Below are positions 53,891-64,000 of a stretch of 64,000 nt of DNA, one piece after another. Source of the stretch: Octopus sinensis (Eukaryota). Location: contig NC_043004.1 in NCBI RefSeq assembly GCF_006345805.1, positions 45,198,001-45,262,000 of the forward strand, read 5' to 3'. The notes under the pieces are model-generated. The model was not told where the DNA came from and did not search any database. It saw nothing but the letters and a program-made list of their open reading frames with translations. Position 1 is the stretch's first letter. Every line of letters starts with the position of its first letter. The translations under genes and the position numbers were made by a program.

Positions 53891-55309
53891 TAAGAAGATA
53901 TATATATATATATATATATACATACATACAGAGAGAGAGAGAGAGAGGTACAAATGTGACAGTATGGTTAAGAAGTTTGCTTCCCAGCTACATGGTTTCT
54001 GTTTTAGTTACACTGCATGCCACCTTATGCAAGTGTCTTTTGTTACAGTCCCATGCTGGCAAAAGACTTATATGTGGATTTGGTCCAAGGAAGGTAAAAG
54101 AAGCCCATAATGTGTGTGTTGTCTGTTCTTTACATCACTTGATAGTTGTAAATGAGGTCCCTGTCATAAAAACAGTGTAATTCATTTCTTATGTACTGCA
54201 TAAACATGTCTGGCCATGCTTTGAAATAGGTTAGGTTTGGCAACAAGAAGGGCATCCAGCCATAGAACATCTATTTCAATAAATTCTCCCTAGCAGTTTG
54301 CTGGTGCTTGTTTTCATTTGAGTTTGACTGGAGCAACATGAAATGAAGTTCCTTGCTCAAAGACATAACATATTGCCTAGTTCAGGAATTGAACCCATGA
54401 ACTTTAACTCTGAATAGAATATGGCCATCTCAACTGGAACATGTTTGACAATAGAATAGGTCTGATTGATCATATATTAACAGCTTGATATGAAAATGAA
54501 ATTTTTCAGATGTGGTTTGACAAAACAGTATGTTAATGGAGATTTCATCATCATCATTACCATCACTACCATTGTCATCTGAATTTTCATTTGCAGTGTG
54601 CATGCGTGTGCATGCATGTGTGCATTATATACATATTTATATATGTGTGTGTGTGTGAGTGTGTAACATGGTATTCGTATCCTTGAGTATTACATGTTTA
54701 TTTCCAATTTTAGCTAACTTACATAAATACTCCATCTCACCAGTTTGAGTATTGTGTCATTGTTTGTCTACCACACTAGGCATAAATATTTTCCGCACAT
54801 TCTCTTCCACACTTGAAAAACTCTGTATAAATATTTGTTTCCCTTCATACATAATTCCTAAGATATTTCAGTCAATATTTATATCCACAATGGGGATTAT
54901 TTCCTAAATAATTTCTCTCTTTATATTTTTTTTTCTTTCATATTTGAGGTATTTCTTTCGCTGTTTGCTTCTTTCCTCACAATAGTTTTTAAAACACTAC
55001 ATTACTGTCTCATATTTGATATATCATATGAATACTTACTTACTTCTCTTGGGGATAAGTTTACTAAATGTTATCTTTCACAGTGTAATGGATGGCTGTC
55101 CTGAAGCGATCAGATCCCATTCTATTGAAACCTGTGACCTGCTTTCATTTCATTTGAAATTACTTACATATCTAACATTTGTTAGAATAATGTGAATTTT
55201 TTTTATTTCTTGGTTCAACCATTATTCATACATTTCAAATTTGATATCTTGTAAGTACATCTAAGAAAATTCCTTATATGAAATATGTACATCCATATTA
55301 TGTGTGTGT

Positions 55310-55777
55310 GTGATTATATATATATATAGATAAATAGATAGATGTATATATATAGATAAATAGATAGATGTTATATATAGATGTATAGATAGATATATAT
55401 ATATAGATGTATATATATGTATATGTATAGATGTGTATATTATATATATATATATATATATATATTATTATATATTGTGTATATATATATGTGTATATAT
55501 ATAGTATATATTATGTGTATATATATGTATATATATATGTGTATATATATATGTGGATTATATATGTATATATATATGTGTATATATATGTGTATATATA
55601 TGTGTATATATATGTGTATATATATATATATATATGTGTATATATATGTGTATATATATATATATGTATATATATGTATATATATATATGTATATATATG
55701 TATATATATATGTGTATAATATATATATGTATATATATATGTATGTATATATAATCTATATATATATTATATGTATG

Positions 55778-55809
<32 letters not shown>

Positions 55810-55826
55810 TATATGTGTGTATATAT

Positions 55827-55864
<38 letters not shown>
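55310..55864. repeat. (TA)n/(TATG)n array
   Basis: Read directly. Confidence 0.95.
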
Positions 55865-55865
<1 letters not shown>

Positions 55866-56540
55866 CATTTATTCAGGTGTTATTTACTTGGATTATGACT
55901 TGCCAGCACATTCTCTCTACTTGGTTCTGACTTTTGTTTTGGGAATGTAGGTGTGTGAATATGTGTTTTTACCGCTATCATCATCTTGTTAATATTCATA
56001 TGAGCCATACAGAAATTTTGTTGAGGCAGATTTTGTCCAAACTGATGCCCTTCTTATTGCCATCCCTCACCTGCTTCCATGTTGAGTAATGTTTCTTTGA
56101 GATCAGGCATGTTTCCACGGAAGATGGAAAACAAAAGGGCACTGTTTACGTGTCAGTAACACTTGTTTGTGGCTTTGACATGATGTCAAGACAAGGAGAC
56201 AGCAACACACACAAACACACACACTGAGCTCCTTTGGTTGGCCCAAGCCTGTAATAGAAGCCACTTTTTCAAGGTGCTACACAGTAGAACTGAACCTAAA
56301 ACCATGTGGTTGTGAAGCAAACTTTTTAGCACACAACCAATCCAGCCCTATAGCCATGCCTCTGCCTGAATGCATGTATACATGCACACTTTCATGCACT
56401 TGTAAATATATCTTTGAAATGAAAAGAAAGCCTGACTGAAAGAGATAGTTGGTGGCATATGGAGTTGTGAGAGATTTTCCTCTAGCTAGAAAGTCATTTG
56501 CCCTGGTAAATGAATGAATAAATGAACATATCTGAATGCA

Positions 56541-56930
56541 TACATATAACTTATACATGCATATATATATATATGTATATATATACATGCATGTATATAT
56601 ATATATATATATATATATAGATATAATATATATAGTATGTATATATATACATGTATGTATATATATATATATATATAATATATATATATATATATGGTAT
56701 ATAATATGTATATATATACATGTATGTATATATATTATATATATATATATATATGGATATATATATGTATATATATGTATATATGTATATATATGTACAT
56801 ATGAATATATATATATATATAATATGGATATATATATGTATATATATGTATATATGTATATATATATATATGGATATATATATGTATATATGTATATATA
56901 TATGTACATATGAATATATATATATATATA
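56541..56930. repeat. (TA)n array abutting the fold-back element
   Basis: Read directly. Confidence 0.95.
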
Positions 56931-56986
56931 CATTATTGGTGAATTGAAGAAATGGAGCTGAACGCAGATTGAACAGAAGTCGTTTA

Positions 56987-57074
56987 TTTCATTCTACACG
57001 TGTTTCGAAAGGCACAATTACCAAAATCCGATTGAATAATGGGACCATATTGTGTCTTTCTCTTCAGGAAGAAA
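56987..57074 (-). ncRNA. Type I hammerhead ribozyme with extended stem II (left arm)
   Basis: UUUCUUC-CUGAAGA-GAAAGACACAAU[30 nt]AUUGUGCCUUUC-GAAA-CACGU-GUA-GAAUGAAA. Confidence 0.8.
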
Positions 57075-57469
57075 AAAGAAAATCCGTTGGAAAAACAAAA
57101 ACAGAACAGAGGCAGAGCAAAAAACAAATCGAACTGTGCTCCTAAGAGCCCATGGCGAAACTGTTTATCAGTGTATGTTGAGAACCGGTGGCTGAAGAAT
57201 TCAACAGGTCAGGCATCGGTCAAACATGTGGGTGAGGGTGTATAGAGTTCTTGTGACGAGAATAAAGGGAACTTTATTCTCGGTCACAAAGAACATCTAT
57301 ACACCCTCACCCACATGTTTGACCGAGCCTGACCTGTTGAATTCTTCAGCCACCGGTTCTCAACATACACTGATAAAACAGTTTCGCCATGGGCTCTTAG
57401 GATCACAGTTCGATTTGTTTTTTGCTCTGCTTGCTCTGTTCTGTTTTTGTTTTTTCCAACGGATTTTCT

Positions 57470-57558
57470 TTTTTTTCCTGAAGAGAAAGACACAATATGG
57501 TCCCATTATTCAATCGATTTTGGTAATTTGTGCCTTTCGAAACACGTGTAGAATGAAA
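57470..57558 (+). ncRNA. Type I hammerhead ribozyme with extended stem II (right arm)
   Basis: CUGAAGA 57478-84; stem II GAAAGACACAA/UUGUGCCUUUC; GAAA 57539-42; palindromic ACACGUGU stem III; GUA 57548-50. Confidence 0.8.
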
Positions 57559-57767
57559 TAAAACGAATTCTGTTCAATCTGCGTTCAGCTCCATTTCTTC
57601 AATTCACCAATAATGTTTTAATTTCAATTATCCGCACCAACGCACGGTTGCAACGCCAGATGGTTGTACCTCCAACCGTGCTGTTCACTGCCTGTGATTT
57701 TTGCTACTAAGTATCGGTTAAACTTTTGATTAATCTACTACAAGATTATTCATCTTTCTATTTCACA

Positions 57768-57931
57768 TAATATATATATATATCATATATATAATATGAA
57801 TATATATGAATATATATATGTATATATGAATATATATATGTATTAGATGTATATATGTATTATATATGTATATATGTATGTATGTATATATATATATATA
57901 TATATGTATGTGTATGTGATATAGATATATC

Positions 57932-57965
<34 letters not shown>

Positions 57966-58070
57966 CATATATATGTATGTGTATATATATATATATATAT
58001 ATATGTATATACATATATATGTAGTGTGTATATATATATAATATATATATGTATATACATATATATGTAT

Positions 58071-58103
<33 letters not shown>
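57768..58103. repeat. (TA)n array
   Basis: Read directly. Confidence 0.95.
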
Positions 58104-58107
<4 letters not shown>

Positions 58108-58618
58108 TTGTTACAATATGAATGCACATAGATAAATTTGCATGTTACATCACATTGCATTTCAAAAAACTATTTGTTTTTCAATCCAAGAACAGGAAAT
58201 AGCTACAAAATACCTACAGCACAAAATAGACAGTGAAGAGCTCAAAAACCACTGAGATGCTGCCGAAACTGTTGATTAGGTCACATTCCTTTGGAACATG
58301 TTACATATGTGATCAACAGCTCCGGAAGAATGTCATTAAGGTACTACCTTCCAGTTTAGTTGTTGTTAAAAACAATATAGAATTCCATCCATAGGAAAAG
58401 TCTTGCCCTGATATATATATATGTGTGTGTGTGTTGTGTATAGACACACATATACTAAATATTTCTGGTGAATGCATATATTTCAAAACAAAGAATATCG
58501 GTGGAGCATTCCAATCAAAACTGCTGCTAAAAGCAAATATACAAAGCCTGATATATCTGTTTTTAGATGAAGGAAAAAAAAAAAAAAAAGTTATGTACTA
58601 TTATAGAGGTCAGCTTAC

Positions 58619-58697
58619 CTGAAACTGTAAGCCTTTATTTGAAAACCACTGAGAAAGAGGATTTTTAAGGCCAACTGTTTCAGAACCTACAGTTTCT
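58619..58697 (-). CDS. Candidate internal exon of an unidentified host gene (ETVGSETVGLKNPLSQWFSNKGLQFQ)
   Basis: tttagttag acceptor, an open frame, and a consensus CAG|GTAAGC donor in unique sequence. No homology recognised. Confidence 0.25.
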
Positions 58698-59820
58698 CTA
58701 ACTAAATTTAGAATTTATATTTGTAACTATAATTATTCTAAGAGATAGACTTGCAGTTTTCTTGCAAAGAAAGGGGTGAGTTTTTGAGAACTTTAGGAAT
58801 ATATTTAACCAGAAGAGAATGAATCTATAAAAATGTTCTAAAATTCAACATGTAGTTCAGCCACGTAATTTTCAAAATTCCTGGTAGATTTCTGTATGGT
58901 TGTGTATGTGTGCATGTATACACACACACACACACACACACACATGCAGACTTATATCCATATGCTTTTAATCTTGTAAAATTAGAATCACAAAGGTCTC
59001 TTAGGCTGCTTAGGACAAATAATGAAATGGCCTGTTGCAGTGTTAATGAAGAATTCATCAAGATTAACTTCTCTTCCTTCAACCTTAGTCCTTCTATCTT
59101 TTTGTTTTAGCATGCTGTACTTCAGATTTCATTACCCCAAGGCATCTGTTTTAATTTTTAAAAAGGTAGTAGCTAAACTACTATTTTCTTTTTATTGTTA
59201 AAAACTTTTATCTTCTTATTGAGTAGTTGTTCCTACTTCTTAGAAAGAAAATATAGTTTGCAAGAGATTGTACTGCTATTTCTAGCCAGTTTGTAGCTTA
59301 GGTGGTATTCCCTCTTTCGTTACCATTTCTCTGTTGAAGTTCACTGCCTTTGATTCAAATAATTTTGAAATTAGTGAAATATCTTCATGATAATTCATTT
59401 GGTTTTTGGAACTTAAATTACCATAAAATTTTGGTTGAAGGTTTAAATTTAGTTCACTTTTATAACAGGGGATTCGTGTTGTAGAACCAGAAGCAGTTTT
59501 AAACAGGTTTGTATCAAAGGTGTAAAAGGCCAAGTTTACAGCTGGTGAGCTTGGTAGGGCATTTAACTACAACATCAGTGATTGATAAATAAATTTTAGG
59601 GTTTAATCAGAAGAATTGCAGTGGTCATAACCATTTTTCCATAGTTCTCAAGACTGGTGGAGAGGAAAGGAAGTGGGGAAACTATTATCAATCAGGAGAT
59701 CTGGACATTAATGTTTGTTTGGAAGTGGAGTTTTCTAAAGGTACCCAAAAGCAAGATGGGGTGATGATAGTTTGGGCAGCTTTGCACAATAAGTTTAGCT
59801 AAGATATATTTCAATTGGGC

Positions 59821-60047
59821 GGCGAGCTGGCAGAATCGTTAGCACGCCGGGCGAAATGCTTAACGGTATTTTGTCTACTGTTACGTTCTGAGTTCAAATT
59901 CCGCCGAGGACGACTTTGCCTTTCATCCTTTCGGGGTTGATAAATAAAGTACCAGTTTCGCACTGGGGTCGATGTAATCGACTTAATACGTTTGTCTGTC
60001 CTTGTTTGTCCCCTCTATATTTAGTCCCTTGTGGGTAGTAAAGAAAT
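59821..60047 (+). mobile_element. SINE family E (Deu/Nin-domain-like), second copy
   Basis: Closely matches 27376-27603. Confidence 0.85.
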
Positions 60048-60455
60048 ATATATTTCAATAGCTCAATTCGCCTACCTGTTAATAAGTTCCATAGCAAAGT
60101 TCAACTTAAGTTCTGAAAACAACTGAAGCACTTACTTGTAAGAGTACTGCAAGTGTTTTGATTTCAGCCTTTAATGTAGACTAGGAAACAGCTTGGAGAA
60201 AGATGAATTTAATTATAGGGATAAAACCAGATGAGAATGAAGTTTACAGTAGAATCCCAACCCCCAGTGGATTATGGAACACACTATGATTATAAAAAAG
60301 GCAACAAAGTTACTTAACCATGCTGTTGGATGGTAAAATCATAAAGGATATTCGTTACACTGAGTCTAATACACTTTTCCCACATGAATGACTCAGTATA
60401 AACTTTATATATGTGTGTGTGTGTATATATATACATATATATATACATATGCATA

Positions 60456-60499
<44 letters not shown>

Positions 60500-60839
60500 C
60501 ATGTGTGTGTATTTACTTATCAGTTCTTTTAGTAGTTCTACAAGTATTTATTTCCTCTTTAGTAATATTTTCTAAAGATTTTCTGCAGATATTTGATGTA
60601 TTGTATTCACTGTATTCTTTTGTGTGCGTGTGTGTGTGTTTGTGAGAGAGAGAGAAAGTGAGAGAGTTTCTGTGTTCCTATGTTGTCTATCTTTATATGT
60701 GTGTGTGTGTGTATACATGACATGAGAAACAGAAAGAGACGCTAAAGCAGGTGTATTTTATGTGAATGCAAAAATAAGCATACAAACAAAAGCAAGCCAT
60801 CATTATTATAATTACATCTTTGTCACTGATGACAGGCTC

Positions 60840-61320
60840 TTCATCCAACCACCACACACTCTACACTTCACAACAACAGCAACTACAACCGCCACAGCAG
60901 AAGGCCTCTGTGATGACAACAACAAACGCAGCAGCAGCTACAGTGTCAGTGATAGAAAACTGGAGACAGCTTTCAATGTGAAAAGCATTGCTAACAATGG
61001 TGACAACAACAACAACAACAATTATAACAACTAAACAACAGTCGGAACAATGACAACAACAACTGTAGAGACAATGATGATTACTTCAAGAACACCAGTA
61101 GTTACAGTAATGATGAGGATGATAACAATAACAATGACTACAGCATCAGTAGTTCTAAATGGTTGTAAATGAATATAACTGCAATGATGACAATAGCAAA
61201 GGATCCTCTGGTAATGATAATAACAACAACAACAGTTGACAATAATGGTTTTGAGATAAAAAGACACCTCCAGTAATATACAAAAAGAAAGAGAAGCAAT
61301 CACAACAACAGCAAAATCCT
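60840..61320. repeat. Cryptic (AAC/AAT/GAC)n low-complexity tract
   Basis: Read directly. Confidence 0.7.
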
Positions 61321-63170
61321 GTTTTATCTTCCCCTCCCATTGCTAGTTTTTTATTCTTTGTATTTCTTTGTTAAAGATGGTGAAACACCTGCTTTGGCAC
61401 CATTCTGTCTTTCTGACATTATACAGTTTTACAATTCTTCTGTTATGCTTTTCTATCAATCTGATGTTCTACCAATTTACCATTCTACCATTTTGTGGAT
61501 CTACCATTTTGCAATTCTGCCACTCTACCATCTTGTGAGCCTGCCATTCTGCCACTTTCCTCTTCTACTTATATGTCATTCTATCAGTTTGTCATTTTAA
61601 CCATTCTACTAGAATGCAATTATGCAGTTTAACATGCCATTCTGTGAAGCTGTCATTTTCCCATTCTGAAGCTATTTAATAGTTTTGTCAAACAAACTAC
61701 TGTTTCCTCAACTTGGCTCTCTCTCCTCTTTTATGTATTGGTACTATATAAACCGTTGTCACAAAGATGCCAAACAGCTTGGTTATTCAGTAGTGATTCA
61801 TCTCTTTACACAACTGTTAATCCGCTAGTTAATTCCTTCCATCCTGGAGACTGCAAGTAGAGTTTACCTGATGTTACTCAGGAGCAAAAGCAGCAGCTGT
61901 GGAATCAACAGTAGATTATAAATATTTACATATTTACTCGAAGAATTATTTGAATTACTGTTCTTATAACTGGTTTCCTGTAGTTCAGCTCATGTCATGA
62001 ACTATTGTTGTTCACTGACATCTGCTATTTATTTGTCTGGTGACAGATGTGATATCAGAGCAAGTTTGCATTCTATGACTGGAGTCTATACATAGTTGGT
62101 CTGAAGACCAGAGTGTGGTCAACCCTGATGACTTAAAATTATGTCCTCAGTTCATCCACCACAACAGTATTGCCAAACCAGCCCAACCCAAAGCAGCCAA
62201 ATGTGAAGTTAAGCTTAGAGTAGTAATGATGCAAAATGTTGGACGATGTTTACGAGCATAACAGAAAACAAGTATTAAAGAGTTACACAGATATTTAATG
62301 CTTTTTTTGGTTCTATGGTTCAAACTTACTGATTTAAAGTGATCTAAATTAAAACTTCCCATTAAAAATTTCACGCAGATTTGTGTTTTAAATATCAGCC
62401 AAATAACAATAAATTTTAATATCAGAAAATATTTTACATCATTTCCAAAATTAATTGAATGAAAGGGGGTGTATTGAGCAACAGTATGGTAGTAAAAGTG
62501 TTATATGCGTATGAATGTACACAATGCCAAACCTGCAGAAACATGGCCAAATGGTAAAATGAGTTTTCTATCAATGTCATCATCATTCTCTCTACTCATT
62601 TCCCATGCTTCTATGTATTGTACAGCCATTTTTCCATACTTCTAAAGGTCTTCTCCAGCACAAAATCCCATCACTTGCCTTGATCTCTTGACAAAAAGGG
62701 GTCTCATTATGATGAACTTAATGCAAGGCTCAACACCCTGAGATAAGACTCCACCATTTCTTATGTCTTCCCCAATACTGCTCTTTTTGTAGGTCCATTA
62801 CAAATAAATAAATAAACAAACGGGTGGATGTAAAGGCATAGTAAACCCTGATACAAGACGAGAAGCACTCAATATTGAAAGTAGATGGATATAATTTAGA
62901 TGGATCTGAAACTTCACAAATGTGCACTTCTTGTTACTCAGTCTCTATCTCTGAAACATGTTTCAATCATTACATATAGTGTAACGAGTAACTCTGAGTA
63001 ATGATCTCTGAAGTTTCAGTACACAATAACTTACACACATGCCCTCATCCTCTAAGCACCTGCCCTTTTTTATTCCCAGTTCTTTTTCTTGGCTGTCATG
63101 GATTTGACAAGTCTTACTGAGACAGTATTACATTGATGGATGCCTTTCTAGATGTCGACCCTTACATGCT

Positions 63171-63225
63171 TTTCAAAGAAGGTATTCTCTTTCAAAGAAG
63201 GTATTCTCTTTCAAAGAAGGTATTC
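63171..63225. repeat. 19-bp tandem repeat, about 3 copies (TTTCAAAGAAGGTATTCTC)
   Basis: Read directly. Confidence 0.9.
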
Positions 63226-64000
63226 CACTTGTCAGGACACTAACAAATATTATTGCTGTCTATGCGATGTCAGTGTGACAACGCAGGGAAACACACATAT
63301 ACACACACACAGACACACACACCCACACATTAATGCACATACACACTCATACATGTGCACACACACTATATTTCTGTACAGTTTCTCCCAAATTTCTTTC
63401 TCCTAATATTTATTGCTCAAGGCTATGAGTACAAGGAACATGCCCAAGGTGCCATGCAGTGGGATTGAAGCTGAAACCACATGGTTACAAACTGAACTTC
63501 TTTATCACACAGGCCTCCCCCCCCCACATATGTGCATACAAACACACACACACACACACACACACATAGGTATATAAATACATACAAACAATGTTCTTCA
63601 TTCAGCTTCTTAAACCCATTGAAAATTTTACCAGAGGATAATTAACCAAAGTTCTCTACTGTGGGGCTAACCTGAAACTGTGCATTTGAGAAGTGAACCC
63701 TTTTCCTTAGACTGCTATGCACACACACACATAACAGAGAGAGAAAGAGAGAAGGAGAGTTTGTAATGGAGATAGTACAGTTCGGCTTGATAGGAATGTA
63801 TTTACATGGAGCACAGAAAATGTAATTCTGAGGTTTCTGAAACAGCTGTTGAGTTTTGAAATTATATACTTTTTTTAAAAATCTTTTTCTGAATCTTTGT
63901 TTCTGTGTTTCATGTAAATATATTTATAGCAAGCATTACGTGTTTACCTCCATTACTGCCTCCGTATCAGCTCCATTTCTAGGCTTCTTATAGCCATTCT

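Larger units (their letters stand above)
56931..57767. mobile_element. Penelope-like fold-back element: 685-bp palindrome (56931-57615) plus about 150 bp unique extension, between TA arrays
   Basis: CATTATTGGTGAATT...GAGAATAAAG-GGAA-CTTTATTCTC...AATTCACCAATAATG. One hammerhead per arm. Confidence 0.8.

Noticed and set aside
57156-57200. Second possible (permuted) hammerhead GAAACTG..CAGTG...CTGAAGA in the palindrome arms
   Set aside because: The triplet would be GUG, and stems I and II cannot be formed.
2979-58160. Numerous long ORFs of YI/IY/VC/TH repeats
   Set aside because: They are translations of TA/TG/CA microsatellites, which lack stop codons by composition.
58252-58295. CTGAGA..GCCGAAAC..GTC hammerhead-like string
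   Set aside because: The core is one nucleotide short and stem I does not pair.
59469-59544. Plus-strand exon candidate (ataacag|GGGATT...CTG|gtgagc)
   Set aside because: Good splice signals, but no recognisable peptide and no compatible neighbouring exon found.
1-64000. Conserved bilaterian miRNAs, rRNA, CRISPR arrays
   Set aside because: No matching mature sequences or repeat-spacer structure seen by eye. A proper search was not possible.

Overview
AT-rich, repeat-saturated eukaryotic DNA, most likely intronic or intergenic sequence from an Octopus genome (inferred from the SINE families and the very large (TA)n/(TATG)n arrays). No host protein-coding gene is securely identifiable. Almost all ORFs in the supplied track are YI/IY/VC/TH translations of microsatellites. 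Recognisable content: a near full-length, frameshifted CR1-clade LINE (1-3360, minus strand); 3' fragments of CR1, RTE/BovB, RTE-X and L1/Tx1 LINEs; a decayed DD37D (maT-type) Tc1/mariner; a non-autonomous Helitron with intact termini; and many tRNA-derived SINEs. The most interesting signal is a set of short elements embedded in or abutting (TA)n arrays, often folded back as long palindromes, that carry type I hammerhead ribozyme motifs. Canonical cores occur at 7374-7420 (-), 56987-57074 (-) and 57470-57558 (+). Variant or decayed cores occur at about 8.0-8.1 kb, 10.65 kb and 15.9 kb. These look like Penelope-like pLTR/retrozyme remnants. All folds were worked out by eye and none were computed.
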